Positions 25,994-34,249 of a DNA stretch of 64,000 nt are shown here, piece by piece (within the stretch, counting starts at the first letter, position 1; the number at the start of each line of letters is the position of its first letter). The translations under genes and the position numbers were made by a program. Source of the DNA: Bacteroidales bacterium (GTDB lineage: Bacteria > Bacteroidota > Bacteroidia > Bacteroidales > ML635J-15). The notes beneath the pieces were generated by a model. The model saw only the letters and a list, made by a program, of their open reading frames with translations, was not told the origin of the DNA and did not search any database. The DNA lies in the NCBI GenBank assembly GCA_017617125.1, contig JAFZWY010000002.1, positions 3,386 to 67,385 on the forward strand, written 5' to 3'.

Positions 25994-26587
25994 ATGAGCG
26001 GTAAAATCAAAATAACGATAATAGAACCGTCGGAAATCGTCAGCACGGGACTGAAACGGATCATCGAATCGTATGGAAGTTTCAGTGTGGCAAAAACTTT
26101 CTGTACCATACAGGAATACTGCGAAATGCCCAACGGAAATCCCGACATCATAATCATAAATCCGATGCTAGTAATCGACAACGGCTGTTCCGAGCCGAAA
26201 AGCCTATTGCAAACAAACGACAGCACTGCCGTTGTAGCCATAAACTACGGACCATACGACGAAGACGCTTTCCGCGACTACGACGGCTACATAAGCATTT
26301 TCAATACGCGCGAGCAAATAGAAAAGCGCCTGTCAACTGCACTAAAGAACACATCTGACAAGGAAACCGACGACAACAGCAACGAACTTTCGGTACGCGA
26401 ACGCGAAATACTTACTGCTGTCGCCAAAGGTAAGACAAACAAGGAAATAGCCGATGAGTTCAACCTGTCGATTCACACTGTGATATCGCACCGCAAAAAC
26501 ATTTCGCACAAGCTGGGAATCAACAGTATCGCCGGTCTAACAATATATGCCGTTATGAACAAACTGCTTGATGTCGATGACTTTTAA
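25994..26587 (+). CDS. LuxR/NarL-type transcriptional regulator with degenerate (pseudo-)receiver domain
   Basis: C-terminal HTH LSVREREILTAVAKGKTNKEIADEFNLSIHTVISHRKNISHKLG. The N-terminal receiver-like fold has EP in place of the acidic DD pair and PDIIIINPM, with Asn where the phospho-acceptor Asp is expected. It starts 1 nt after the hemerythrin stop. Confidence 0.8.
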   Translation: MSGKIKITIIEPSEIVSTGLKRIIESYGSFSVAKTFCTIQEYCEMPNGNPDIIIINPMLVIDNGCSEPKSLLQTNDSTAVVAINYGPYDEDAFRDYDGYISIFNTREQIEKRLSTALKNTSDKETDDNSNELSVREREILTAVAKGKTNKEIADEFNLSIHTVISHRKNISHKLGINSIAGLTIYAVMNKLLDVDDF

Positions 26588-26644
26588 CATCATCACACCC
26601 ACATTATCAAAGCTGTAAACACCTCTAATATCGCACCGCCAAGA

Positions 26645-27106
26645 CTAGTCAAGGTTTTTACCCTTAATGTCCTTAAGCCAATTGCAATTCATAAAATCGG
26701 GCATTGAAAGACATCTGTCTTCTGCAGCCCTCATAACCTCCTGGTCTTCCGGTGTCTTATCCTTATAACCCAGCATGTGAAGTACGCCGTGAATAATCAC
26801 CCTAAAAATCTCGGTAGTTTCGGTTGAATACGTCTTTGCGTTCTCGGCAACCCTGTCAACGCTAATATAAATCTCACCCGAAATCTTGTCGCCTTCGGTA
26901 TTGTCAAACGTAATAACATCTGTGAAATAGTCATGATTCAGATACTGCTTGTTCATGTCCAACAGATAGTTATCGGAACAAAAAACGTAAGAAATCTTCC
27001 CGACTTTCTTCTCGTGGGTTTCGACGACGTCTTTTATCCACTTCTTTAGCGCTATGTACTTTACCCTCGGCTTTTCTACATCAGCACAAAAAAACTCTAT
27101 TGCCAT
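26645..27106 (-). CDS. ybeY: rRNA maturation endoribonuclease YbeY
   Basis: 153 aa with zinc motif HGVLHMLGYKD. Confidence 0.93.
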   Translation of the reverse strand: MAIEFFCADVEKPRVKYIALKKWIKDVVETHEKKVGKISYVFCSDNYLLDMNKQYLNHDYFTDVITFDNTEGDKISGEIYISVDRVAENAKTYSTETTEIFRVIIHGVLHMLGYKDKTPEDQEVMRAAEDRCLSMPDFMNCNWLKDIKGKNLD

Positions 27107-27107
27107 A

Positions 27108-30100
27108 TTATTTATCCTTTAAATTTTTTAAATATTCCTTATATTTCGTTTTGTAATAGTCTCTTAACTTCAAATTGGAGACCTGTAACAATTCGTTAAA
27201 CCTTATTTCACTTTCTTTTTCTTCGAATGCCTTGTCGGGATTGCTTAGCTTGTATTCCTTAGCCTCGTGCGACTGACGTTTCTGCTCAGTTTCACGTTCG
27301 TTCTGACTATTTTCGGCTTGAAGCAAGCGTGTAATTATCTGCTCCTGACGGTTTATAGTCTGCTGAGTAACATTGCGGTTCACCAGATCCCTGATGTTCT
27401 GCTCTATCATCTTGTTGGCTTCCTTCAGATACTTGGCCGCATCGGGACTGAGTTCGCCATTCATCATGTCGTTCATCATCTTCTGCATCATCTCCTGCTG
27501 CATAAGCATCTTGGCAAGCTGTTCGCCATTTTGCCCCTGCTGACCGTTTTTCTTCATCTGGTCGAGCATCTGCTGCATCTGCTGCTTGAGTTGCTGCTGC
27601 ATATCGCGCATCTGTCCCATCTGCTTCTGCTGCGGCTGCCCATTACCTTTGTTCTTGCACTTGTTGCAACTCGAATTAGAATTGCTGTTGCTGTTCATCT
27701 GCTGCTGTTGCATCTGGTCGAGAAGCTCCGACAACAGCAATGCAAGATTATTGGCCGACGTAAGCACCTTCTGCTGCGACGTCTGCGCCTGGTATTTTGA
27801 AGAATTGCCCAGGTAGTCCATTACCGACGTCAAGCCCTTGCGAATCTCCATCACATCCTTCGACACCATCGAAGCCATACCCGGCACCCGTGCCGACAGC
27901 GCATTTATCGAATCCCTTATCACTGCAAAGTTGTCGGTAATATTCTTCTGGCGAACAACATAATCCTTATATTGCGGCGATTTGTACGACAGCGGCTTCA
28001 TTCCCGACATTATGTCCTCCTGGTCGAACGAGAAAGTAAGCACATTCTCGAGCAATTGCCTTACATTCTCCATGTTCTCGCCGTTCTCCTCCATCTCCAT
28101 CTGCGCCATCATCGAATTCATCTTCTCCGACAACTGCTTCATCTTCTGCGAGCTATTCTGTTGCTTGTCCGATGCCTTGTTGTTCTTGTTATCGTTCAAC
28201 TCCTCGTTTGCCTGTTGCATTTCGTTTGAAATGTCGTTCATCTCGTTCTTGAAATCCTGCAAAGGCATAGGTTCCTTCAAACCAGAATTCTTGTTCAAAG
28301 TCTTTTCGTACTCTTCCTTCAGCTTGTCGAACTGCTCGTTGAGCGCGCTTTGCTCCTTTTTCAGCTCATCCTGCGACTTGCTCTTATCCTTGGTCTCCTC
28401 GGCGAGCTTCTTTTCCATTTCGGCAAGATTTTCCATCTGGTCGGCAATGCTCTTCACGCGCTCCTCGACTTCCGACCGCTTGAGCAGTTCGAGAGTATTG
28501 TCCATATTCTGCTCCATCTCCTCGACCGACATCTTGAACTCCTCCGACTTCTTGAAGAACTCATCCTTATTGAAGTTCTCCATCAGCTTCTTCAATTCCT
28601 CAATCATCTGACGCATCTCATCGGTCATGAGGTTTTCCATTAGAGCATTGATTTCGGCCTGCTTCTTCAGAAGGTCCTCGCTCTTCGAGAACTGCTCCTT
28701 TGCCTGCTGAAGCTGGTTCTGCTCCTGCTTTATCTGCTCCATAAGTTGCTCGAGCTGGTCTTCCTTCTCGATGATGTCCTGCATCAACTGCGAGCGGTCG
28801 TATGGCGAAAGGGTTTCGTTTACAAGTTTGCGCTTCAGTTCGTCGATGCTCTTCTTTATATCCTCACTGATTTTCTTCGCCTCGTCGACCTTGTTTTCGG
28901 TTTCGCTGTTGGTCTGGTCGCTCATATCCTGCAGGTCCTGAGCCGACGGAATATTGAACTCCATAACCTTAGAACGCGCTGTCTTAGGTCCGCTGTAACC
29001 ATCGTTGTCGGCGACCTCGAAATAATACGTAAGCTTGTTGCCAGTATGCTCAATCGACGCGAAATCGAACGCATAATAGAAATCCTGCGAACTCAAACGC
29101 TGTGAGAACTGCACTGGCGACTTTGAAATTTCCTTGTCGCCATCGAAGCAATGGAAAGTCAAACGGGAGAAACCATAGTCATCGTCGATTGTCCCCTTGA
29201 AATACACGATTGCAGGATTGGTACTATCCTTGGCCTCGCTTACAGCAATCGCCGGATAAAGGTCTGGAATTACGCGAATTCTGTACTTTATGTCAACAAG
29301 TTCGCTGAAATAGTCGTTTGCGACAAACAGCGAATAGTCGCTGCTCGCGGTTATGCGTTTGCTCAACTTGTACTCGTTGTTATTCTTTTCGGTCGGCAGA
29401 ATGGTGCTATCCATCACAACAACAAGCGAATCGAGGTTTGCCGTTCCGAAAGTCCACACCACATTTGAGCCAATCGGCACTTCCATATCGCCGGAGTTCT
29501 TTATTTCAACGGCATCGAGACCAGTATAAGCCATTGGCGTGATGTTTACCTTGAAGTCCAAAATTATTGGTGCTGGCAAAACGCTTACCTCGTAATCCTT
29601 CGACTCAACATCCTGTGCCGTGAAATAGAACTTAAACGAATTGTTTAGTGTCTTGAAGTCGTACTTGAAGGTCGATGCCGACAATTTTTCCATATAGAAG
29701 GTATTTCCTCCAAAGTTTATCATCACCTGTTCGGGGACATAGTCTCCTTTGACAGAAAGATTTACAGTAAAATCGTCGCCCTGCCTAACCTGAAGCGAAT
29801 CGTTTTCGAGATAGAACGCAAACGGCGCTGGCATCTCGAAATGCTCGTCGTACTTCACGATTCTCTCGGTGCCTTCGGTAACGATTGCCGGCTTAAACGA
29901 GATTATCAGCACGAAAACCAGCACGACAGGGGCAAGATACACAAGGTACTTGGCATTTTTCTTAATCTTTATTGCCGACAGGAACGGAATTGGCGAAAGT
30001 TTCTCTATTCTCTGCGAGATACTTGCATAAATAAGGTCGCGAGTTTCGGAATTTTCGTCAAGCAAGGAGTTGAGTTCCAAAGTATTCTGCAACTTGTCGG

Positions 30101-30416
30101 AAACTTCGGGAAAATGTTTGCCGAGAATGCGGCTCGCCTCCGAATATGACAGGCGCTTGCCTATTTTCATCAGTTTGAGCAACGGCCACAGTATCATCGT
30201 CACAAAAACTATCGCATAGAGAGTTATCGAACTGACAAACAAAGCAGTACGGAAAGCAGATGAAAATCTGCCATAATATTCGGCAATAACAACGATGAGA
30301 TACCACAGACCGGAAATGGCCAAAGCAAGTATAAGCCCCTTTACTATCTTGTTCAGATAGTACTTCCTGATAAACTTATCAAGTTTAGAAATCAGTATGT
30401 TATACTTTTCGTCCAT
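27108..30416 (-). CDS. Large membrane-anchored coiled-coil protein (DUF4175-like), unknown function
   Basis: 1102 aa with N-terminal TM hairpins (LILALAISGLWYLIVVIAEYY, ALFVSSITLYAIVFVTMILWPLL). It has a beta-rich middle, a long E/K/Q coiled-coil region and a Q/N/M-rich tail with NSNSNSNSSCNKCKNKG. The stop is 1 nt from the ybeY start. Confidence 0.8.
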   Translation of the reverse strand: MDEKYNILISKLDKFIRKYYLNKIVKGLILALAISGLWYLIVVIAEYYGRFSSAFRTALFVSSITLYAIVFVTMILWPLLKLMKIGKRLSYSEASRILGKHFPEVSDKLQNTLELNSLLDENSETRDLIYASISQRIEKLSPIPFLSAIKIKKNAKYLVYLAPVVLVFVLIISFKPAIVTEGTERIVKYDEHFEMPAPFAFYLENDSLQVRQGDDFTVNLSVKGDYVPEQVMINFGGNTFYMEKLSASTFKYDFKTLNNSFKFYFTAQDVESKDYEVSVLPAPIILDFKVNITPMAYTGLDAVEIKNSGDMEVPIGSNVVWTFGTANLDSLVVVMDSTILPTEKNNNEYKLSKRITASSDYSLFVANDYFSELVDIKYRIRVIPDLYPAIAVSEAKDSTNPAIVYFKGTIDDDYGFSRLTFHCFDGDKEISKSPVQFSQRLSSQDFYYAFDFASIEHTGNKLTYYFEVADNDGYSGPKTARSKVMEFNIPSAQDLQDMSDQTNSETENKVDEAKKISEDIKKSIDELKRKLVNETLSPYDRSQLMQDIIEKEDQLEQLMEQIKQEQNQLQQAKEQFSKSEDLLKKQAEINALMENLMTDEMRQMIEELKKLMENFNKDEFFKKSEEFKMSVEEMEQNMDNTLELLKRSEVEERVKSIADQMENLAEMEKKLAEETKDKSKSQDELKKEQSALNEQFDKLKEEYEKTLNKNSGLKEPMPLQDFKNEMNDISNEMQQANEELNDNKNNKASDKQQNSSQKMKQLSEKMNSMMAQMEMEENGENMENVRQLLENVLTFSFDQEDIMSGMKPLSYKSPQYKDYVVRQKNITDNFAVIRDSINALSARVPGMASMVSKDVMEIRKGLTSVMDYLGNSSKYQAQTSQQKVLTSANNLALLLSELLDQMQQQQMNSNSNSNSSCNKCKNKGNGQPQQKQMGQMRDMQQQLKQQMQQMLDQMKKNGQQGQNGEQLAKMLMQQEMMQKMMNDMMNGELSPDAAKYLKEANKMIEQNIRDLVNRNVTQQTINRQEQIITRLLQAENSQNERETEQKRQSHEAKEYKLSNPDKAFEEKESEIRFNELLQVSNLKLRDYYKTKYKEYLKNLKDK

Positions 30417-30435
30417 TTCAATTGTTACAAATTGA

Positions 30436-30443
30436 CAAAAATA
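30436..30443 (-). promoter_or_regulatory. -7 promoter box TAttTTTG of the DUF4175-like/ybeY operon
   Basis: The minus strand reads tacTAttTTTGtcaatttgtaacaattgaaATG. Confidence 0.5.
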
Positions 30444-30537
30444 GTAAAAAGACTGTATGTATCAAAATAAAAATTGTCACATCATGACATGCAATAAGCT
30501 TGCCATTGTATATGGCAAGACATTTAACAAACACAAC

Positions 30538-30567
30538 AAAAAAAGCCGACAAAACTGCCGGCTTTTT
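30538..30567 (-). terminator. Terminator after the 30602 lipoprotein gene
   Basis: The minus strand reads aagccggcagttttgtcggcttttttt. Confidence 0.6.
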
Positions 30568-30601
30568 GCTTATCAAATTCTATTTTAGAAAAAACTTACA
30601 A

Positions 30602-31993
30602 TTATTTTGCTGGAGAACATACAGCACGCACAAGGAGTCCCCTACAACGATAGCTAATATTCACGTATGAATTTTCAGGACCGACAATAAGACAATAAGC
30701 CAAATTCGGTTCATTGGCTGTATAGAGCGAACTTGTCCAATAATAACATGTATTGTCTTCAACCACATTTTCCAAATAGCGATAACCATTTGCCGGCAGG
30801 AAAATGCTGTTTCCATTAGGCCCTGTAAACTTGTATCCTGCTACTCCGCCCTGCGTTACAGCCGTACGGGTGCAATTGTCAAAAAGTTCATCCATATCAT
30901 TACGCGTTGGCATACGCCATCCTGCGCCCCATCTTGCTGTGGCCGCATCGTCAACAGATTCGAGTGTGGTCAAATTGTCAACATAACCGTTGTCGCCATA
31001 ATACGACATATTGCAATACTTGGTCAATGCATCATATGCATTGTTGCAATGCGCATAATTATCCCAATAATAGCTATACTTGGAAGCAGTTTCGCCCCAA
31101 GCGACTGGGTCTCCGTGGCCTTCCGGCACCGTAGCCCCGACATTGCAGGTAGCCCACTTTAACCCACTCGGCAAACCAAGGTCAACATAGGCATGTCCAT
31201 TCAACTGTCCTTCGTCTTGCGTACCGCCATTTGATCTCCACTGGGCATACAAAGTCATGCTTTCGTAAATTACGATATCCTGCTCGTCGTAATAAAACAA
31301 ACCTGAGCCATCAGCAACGGTTGTCCATTTTACAAAACTATGGCCTTCGCGTGTGAATGCGTTTGGAGACAAATCCTGTCTTACTCCGCTTTGGAATGTC
31401 TGCGGCTGCATTGTACCTGTTCCACCATTGGCATTGAAGGTAACAACAATATCGACAGGAACTGGAGCGCTTTCGGTCCACTTTGCATACAATGTCATGT
31501 CGGCTGTAATTTTTATTTTCTGAGCATCGACATACAGAACATTGTCACCACCAGGAACTGTGTCCCAACCCGAAAAACTATAGCCTTCGCGAGTGAATGC
31601 GTTAGTTGCTATCGCTTGTTCAACGCCTTCGGTAAAGGTCTGATCCTGCATAGTGCCAGTACCACCGTTGGCCTCAAAAGCAACAGTATAAAGATGCGCC
31701 CACTGAGCATATAATGTCATATCGTCGCTAATGCTTATTTCCTGACCGTCTTTATATCTCACGCCAGTACCATCGGGAATTGTATTCCACTCAGCAAAGG
31801 CAAAACCTTCACGGGTAAATTTATTGTGGCTAAGATATTTCTTTACGCTTCCATTAAATGTCTGCGGTTCCATTTCTCCTGTCCCGCCATTGGCATCAAA
31901 AGTTACAGTATTGGGGTCACCAATATCACACCCACTAAACGCCATCATTCCCATAACGGAAACTACGGCAAAAAGAATGAAAATTTTTCTCAT
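30602..31993 (-). CDS. Surface lipoprotein: three Listeria-Bacteroides (Flg_new) repeats plus C-terminal DUF1566/FISUMP-like domain
   Basis: Lipobox MRKIFILFAVVSVMGMMAFSGC. Three copies of the pattern VTF(D/E/N)ANGGTG.M..QTF...........F.REG..F..W.T...G........Q.I......TLYA.W. C-terminal YVDLGLPSGLKWATCNVGA...WGET...WRMPT...GNSIFLPANGY..YYWTSS. I use the start at ATG 31993 because the track's upstream ATG lies inside a hairpin. Confidence 0.88.
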   Translation of the reverse strand: MRKIFILFAVVSVMGMMAFSGCDIGDPNTVTFDANGGTGEMEPQTFNGSVKKYLSHNKFTREGFAFAEWNTIPDGTGVRYKDGQEISISDDMTLYAQWAHLYTVAFEANGGTGTMQDQTFTEGVEQAIATNAFTREGYSFSGWDTVPGGDNVLYVDAQKIKITADMTLYAKWTESAPVPVDIVVTFNANGGTGTMQPQTFQSGVRQDLSPNAFTREGHSFVKWTTVADGSGLFYYDEQDIVIYESMTLYAQWRSNGGTQDEGQLNGHAYVDLGLPSGLKWATCNVGATVPEGHGDPVAWGETASKYSYYWDNYAHCNNAYDALTKYCNMSYYGDNGYVDNLTTLESVDDAATARWGAGWRMPTRNDMDELFDNCTRTAVTQGGVAGYKFTGPNGNSIFLPANGYRYLENVVEDNTCYYWTSSLYTANEPNLAYCLIVGPENSYVNISYRCRGLLVRAVCSPAK

Positions 31994-32006
31994 ATTATTC
32001 AAATTA

Positions 32007-32038
32007 ATGTAGAGATGTTGCACGCAACATCTCTACAT
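32007..32038 (-). terminator. 15-bp perfect hairpin between the S46 peptidase gene and the lipoprotein gene
   Basis: The sequence is atgtagagatgttgc-ac-gcaacatctctacat. On the minus strand it is followed by attaatttg, 13 nt before ATG 31993. Confidence 0.55.
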
Positions 32039-32063
32039 ATTATTATCAATTGTTCATTAATAA

Positions 32064-34223
32064 TTATCTCTTTATGTCCATTTCCTTAATCAAGTTCTGC
32101 GCATTTGCGTACTTGTCGATGATGAACAAAGCGTATCTTACATCAAGGCAGATGCATCTCTGCAAGTTTTCCTCGAAGTCGATGTCGCCCGACATTGCCT
32201 CGCTGTTGCCGTCGAATGCAAGACCGATAAGTTCACCATTGCCATTGATAACTGGACTACCAGAATTACCACCAGTAATATCGTTATTGGTAATGAAGCA
32301 AGTAGGAACATCGCCGTTCTTGTTTACATACGGACCGAAGTTCTTGTCCTTGTAAAGCTGTTTCAACTTTTCTGGAACAATGAATTCCGAACTTTCAGGA
32401 TTCTCCTTTTCCATCACACCCTTCAATGTTGTATAGTAGTCGTAGAATACACCATCGCGAGGCTCGTAGCTCTTAACGTTTCCGTAAGTCATCCTTATGG
32501 TCGAGTTTGCATCGGGAGCAAAGTTCTTGCCGTCGTTCATAGCAAGCACACCTTCGATGAAAATACGATTGTTACGTTCCAGGTCAACCGAAAGGTCGTT
32601 GTATTCGTTGTATACGCCTCTGTAAACATCAATTATATCGTTACCCATCTGCAATACAGGATCCTTTGTGAAAGCAGAACCTGACGGCTTGTCAAGGAAT
32701 GCATTGAACTTAGCTTCTGTTGCGAAAATTGACTTTGAGAAAGCATCGTCAACATACTTTTCCACATCGCCTTTGTACTTGGTCTGTATTGTCTTGAAGA
32801 ATTCCGGATAATACTTGGCATCCATTTCGTCGTATGCCTTGCGGAACAAAGCCTTCATCAAGGCACGCTCGGTTTCAGCGTCATAGTCCTTGTAGAATTC
32901 CTTTGCAGGTTCTCTCATATCGCTGACAGCAGAGTTGATTTCAGCAATTTCCTTTGAAGCGAAAGCAGTAGCCATAGACCTGCATCCGAATGCAAAATAT
33001 GGCAGTTCGCTACCAAGAAGACCTTCGGTTATATACATTTTTGCTTCGGCCTGCTTTTTTCTCGAGCTATAAATCTTCTGCAAAGCATTCAATGCATCAC
33101 GGTACTTTGATTCGCCCTTAGCATCAGCCCATTTGCACAAGTCAGCTTCGATCTGCTTCTTGATTCCCATAGTGTTGAGGTGAGCCAAAGCCTTGTTCTG
33201 CTCGTTAGAGTACTTCCAGTAGTTTGAGCACGAAGCGTACTTCGAAGCATACTGTATTTTAACCTTCTGGTCGGCAGCCATCTTCTTGCGCAAAACATTA
33301 ACCTTGACATCGCGGATTTCGTAACGCAACTTGTTGGTCACCTGCATAACCTCTTCAAGTCCGTAAGAGGTGACATATCTGTTGGTTGTTCCAGGGAAAC
33401 CCATAACCATTGCAAAATCACCATCTTCGATACCCTTAGCACTTACAGGAAGGAAATGCTTCGGTTTCAGAGGAACATTGTTCTTTGCATATTTTGCAGG
33501 TGAACCATCGGGAGCAGTGTAAATTCTGAACATCGAGAAGTCGGCAGTATGGCGCGGCCACATCCAGTTGTCGGTATCACCGCCGAACTTACCCATTGCT
33601 GAAGGAGGAGCACCAACAAGGCGAACATCCTGATATGTAACATATACCAACAGGAAATACTGGTTTCCGCCAAACATATCCTTTACCTGTGCCTTGTAGT
33701 TTGTTCCAGCAACAGCATTGTCGATTATGGCCTTCGAAGCCTTCTTCAACGCTATATTGCGGTCCTTTTCCGACATATCTTTCTTGAACGACTTTTCGAT
33801 TTCTGCAGTTACATCCTCTATCTTGACAAGGATTGATGCAGTAATACCCGGATTTGAAAGTTCTTCTTCCTTCGAGTATGCCCAGAAACCGTCCTTCAAA
33901 TAGTCGTGTTCTACTGTCGAGTGGGTCTGAATCATTGAATATCCGCAGTGGTGGTTGGTAAACATAAGACCTTCGCCCGAAACGATTTCACCTGTGCAGA
34001 AATGCCAGAACGGAGAACCATCCTTGCCCAAACCGACAATTGCATCCTTTATACAACCCTGGTTTACACTATATATGTCCTCGGGTGTCAACTTGAAACC
34101 CTGCTTCTTCATATCATCGTAGTTCTTGCCAATCATCGACAATAGCCACATACCTTCGTCTGCCCTTGCAGTGAATCCCATTGCAAAAACAAACACGAAC
34201 AAAATCGCTGTAAATCTTCTCAT
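32064..34223 (-). CDS. S46 family dipeptidyl-peptidase (DPP7/DPP11-like)
   Basis: 719 aa. After the signal peptide the mature N-terminus is ADEGMWLLS. Catalytic His region FTNHHCGY and catalytic Ser region TGGNSGSPVINGNGELIGLAFDGN. Confidence 0.93.
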   Translation of the reverse strand: MRRFTAILFVFVFAMGFTARADEGMWLLSMIGKNYDDMKKQGFKLTPEDIYSVNQGCIKDAIVGLGKDGSPFWHFCTGEIVSGEGLMFTNHHCGYSMIQTHSTVEHDYLKDGFWAYSKEEELSNPGITASILVKIEDVTAEIEKSFKKDMSEKDRNIALKKASKAIIDNAVAGTNYKAQVKDMFGGNQYFLLVYVTYQDVRLVGAPPSAMGKFGGDTDNWMWPRHTADFSMFRIYTAPDGSPAKYAKNNVPLKPKHFLPVSAKGIEDGDFAMVMGFPGTTNRYVTSYGLEEVMQVTNKLRYEIRDVKVNVLRKKMAADQKVKIQYASKYASCSNYWKYSNEQNKALAHLNTMGIKKQIEADLCKWADAKGESKYRDALNALQKIYSSRKKQAEAKMYITEGLLGSELPYFAFGCRSMATAFASKEIAEINSAVSDMREPAKEFYKDYDAETERALMKALFRKAYDEMDAKYYPEFFKTIQTKYKGDVEKYVDDAFSKSIFATEAKFNAFLDKPSGSAFTKDPVLQMGNDIIDVYRGVYNEYNDLSVDLERNNRIFIEGVLAMNDGKNFAPDANSTIRMTYGNVKSYEPRDGVFYDYYTTLKGVMEKENPESSEFIVPEKLKQLYKDKNFGPYVNKNGDVPTCFITNNDITGGNSGSPVINGNGELIGLAFDGNSEAMSGDIDFEENLQRCICLDVRYALFIIDKYANAQNLIKEMDIKR

Positions 34224-34249
34224 AAATCCAATTTTAAACTATTTATATT

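Noticed and set aside
27620-27700. The NSNSNSNS / poly-Q coding repeats as a slipped-strand phase-variation tract
   Set aside because: The nucleotide repeats are short and imperfect (two AACAGC units and mixed CAG/CAA), which is not a contingency-type tract.
27267-29542. Several 75-209-aa plus-strand ORFs inside the 1102-aa gene
   Set aside because: They are antisense shadows of the E/K/Q coiled-coil region (L/F/S-rich products).
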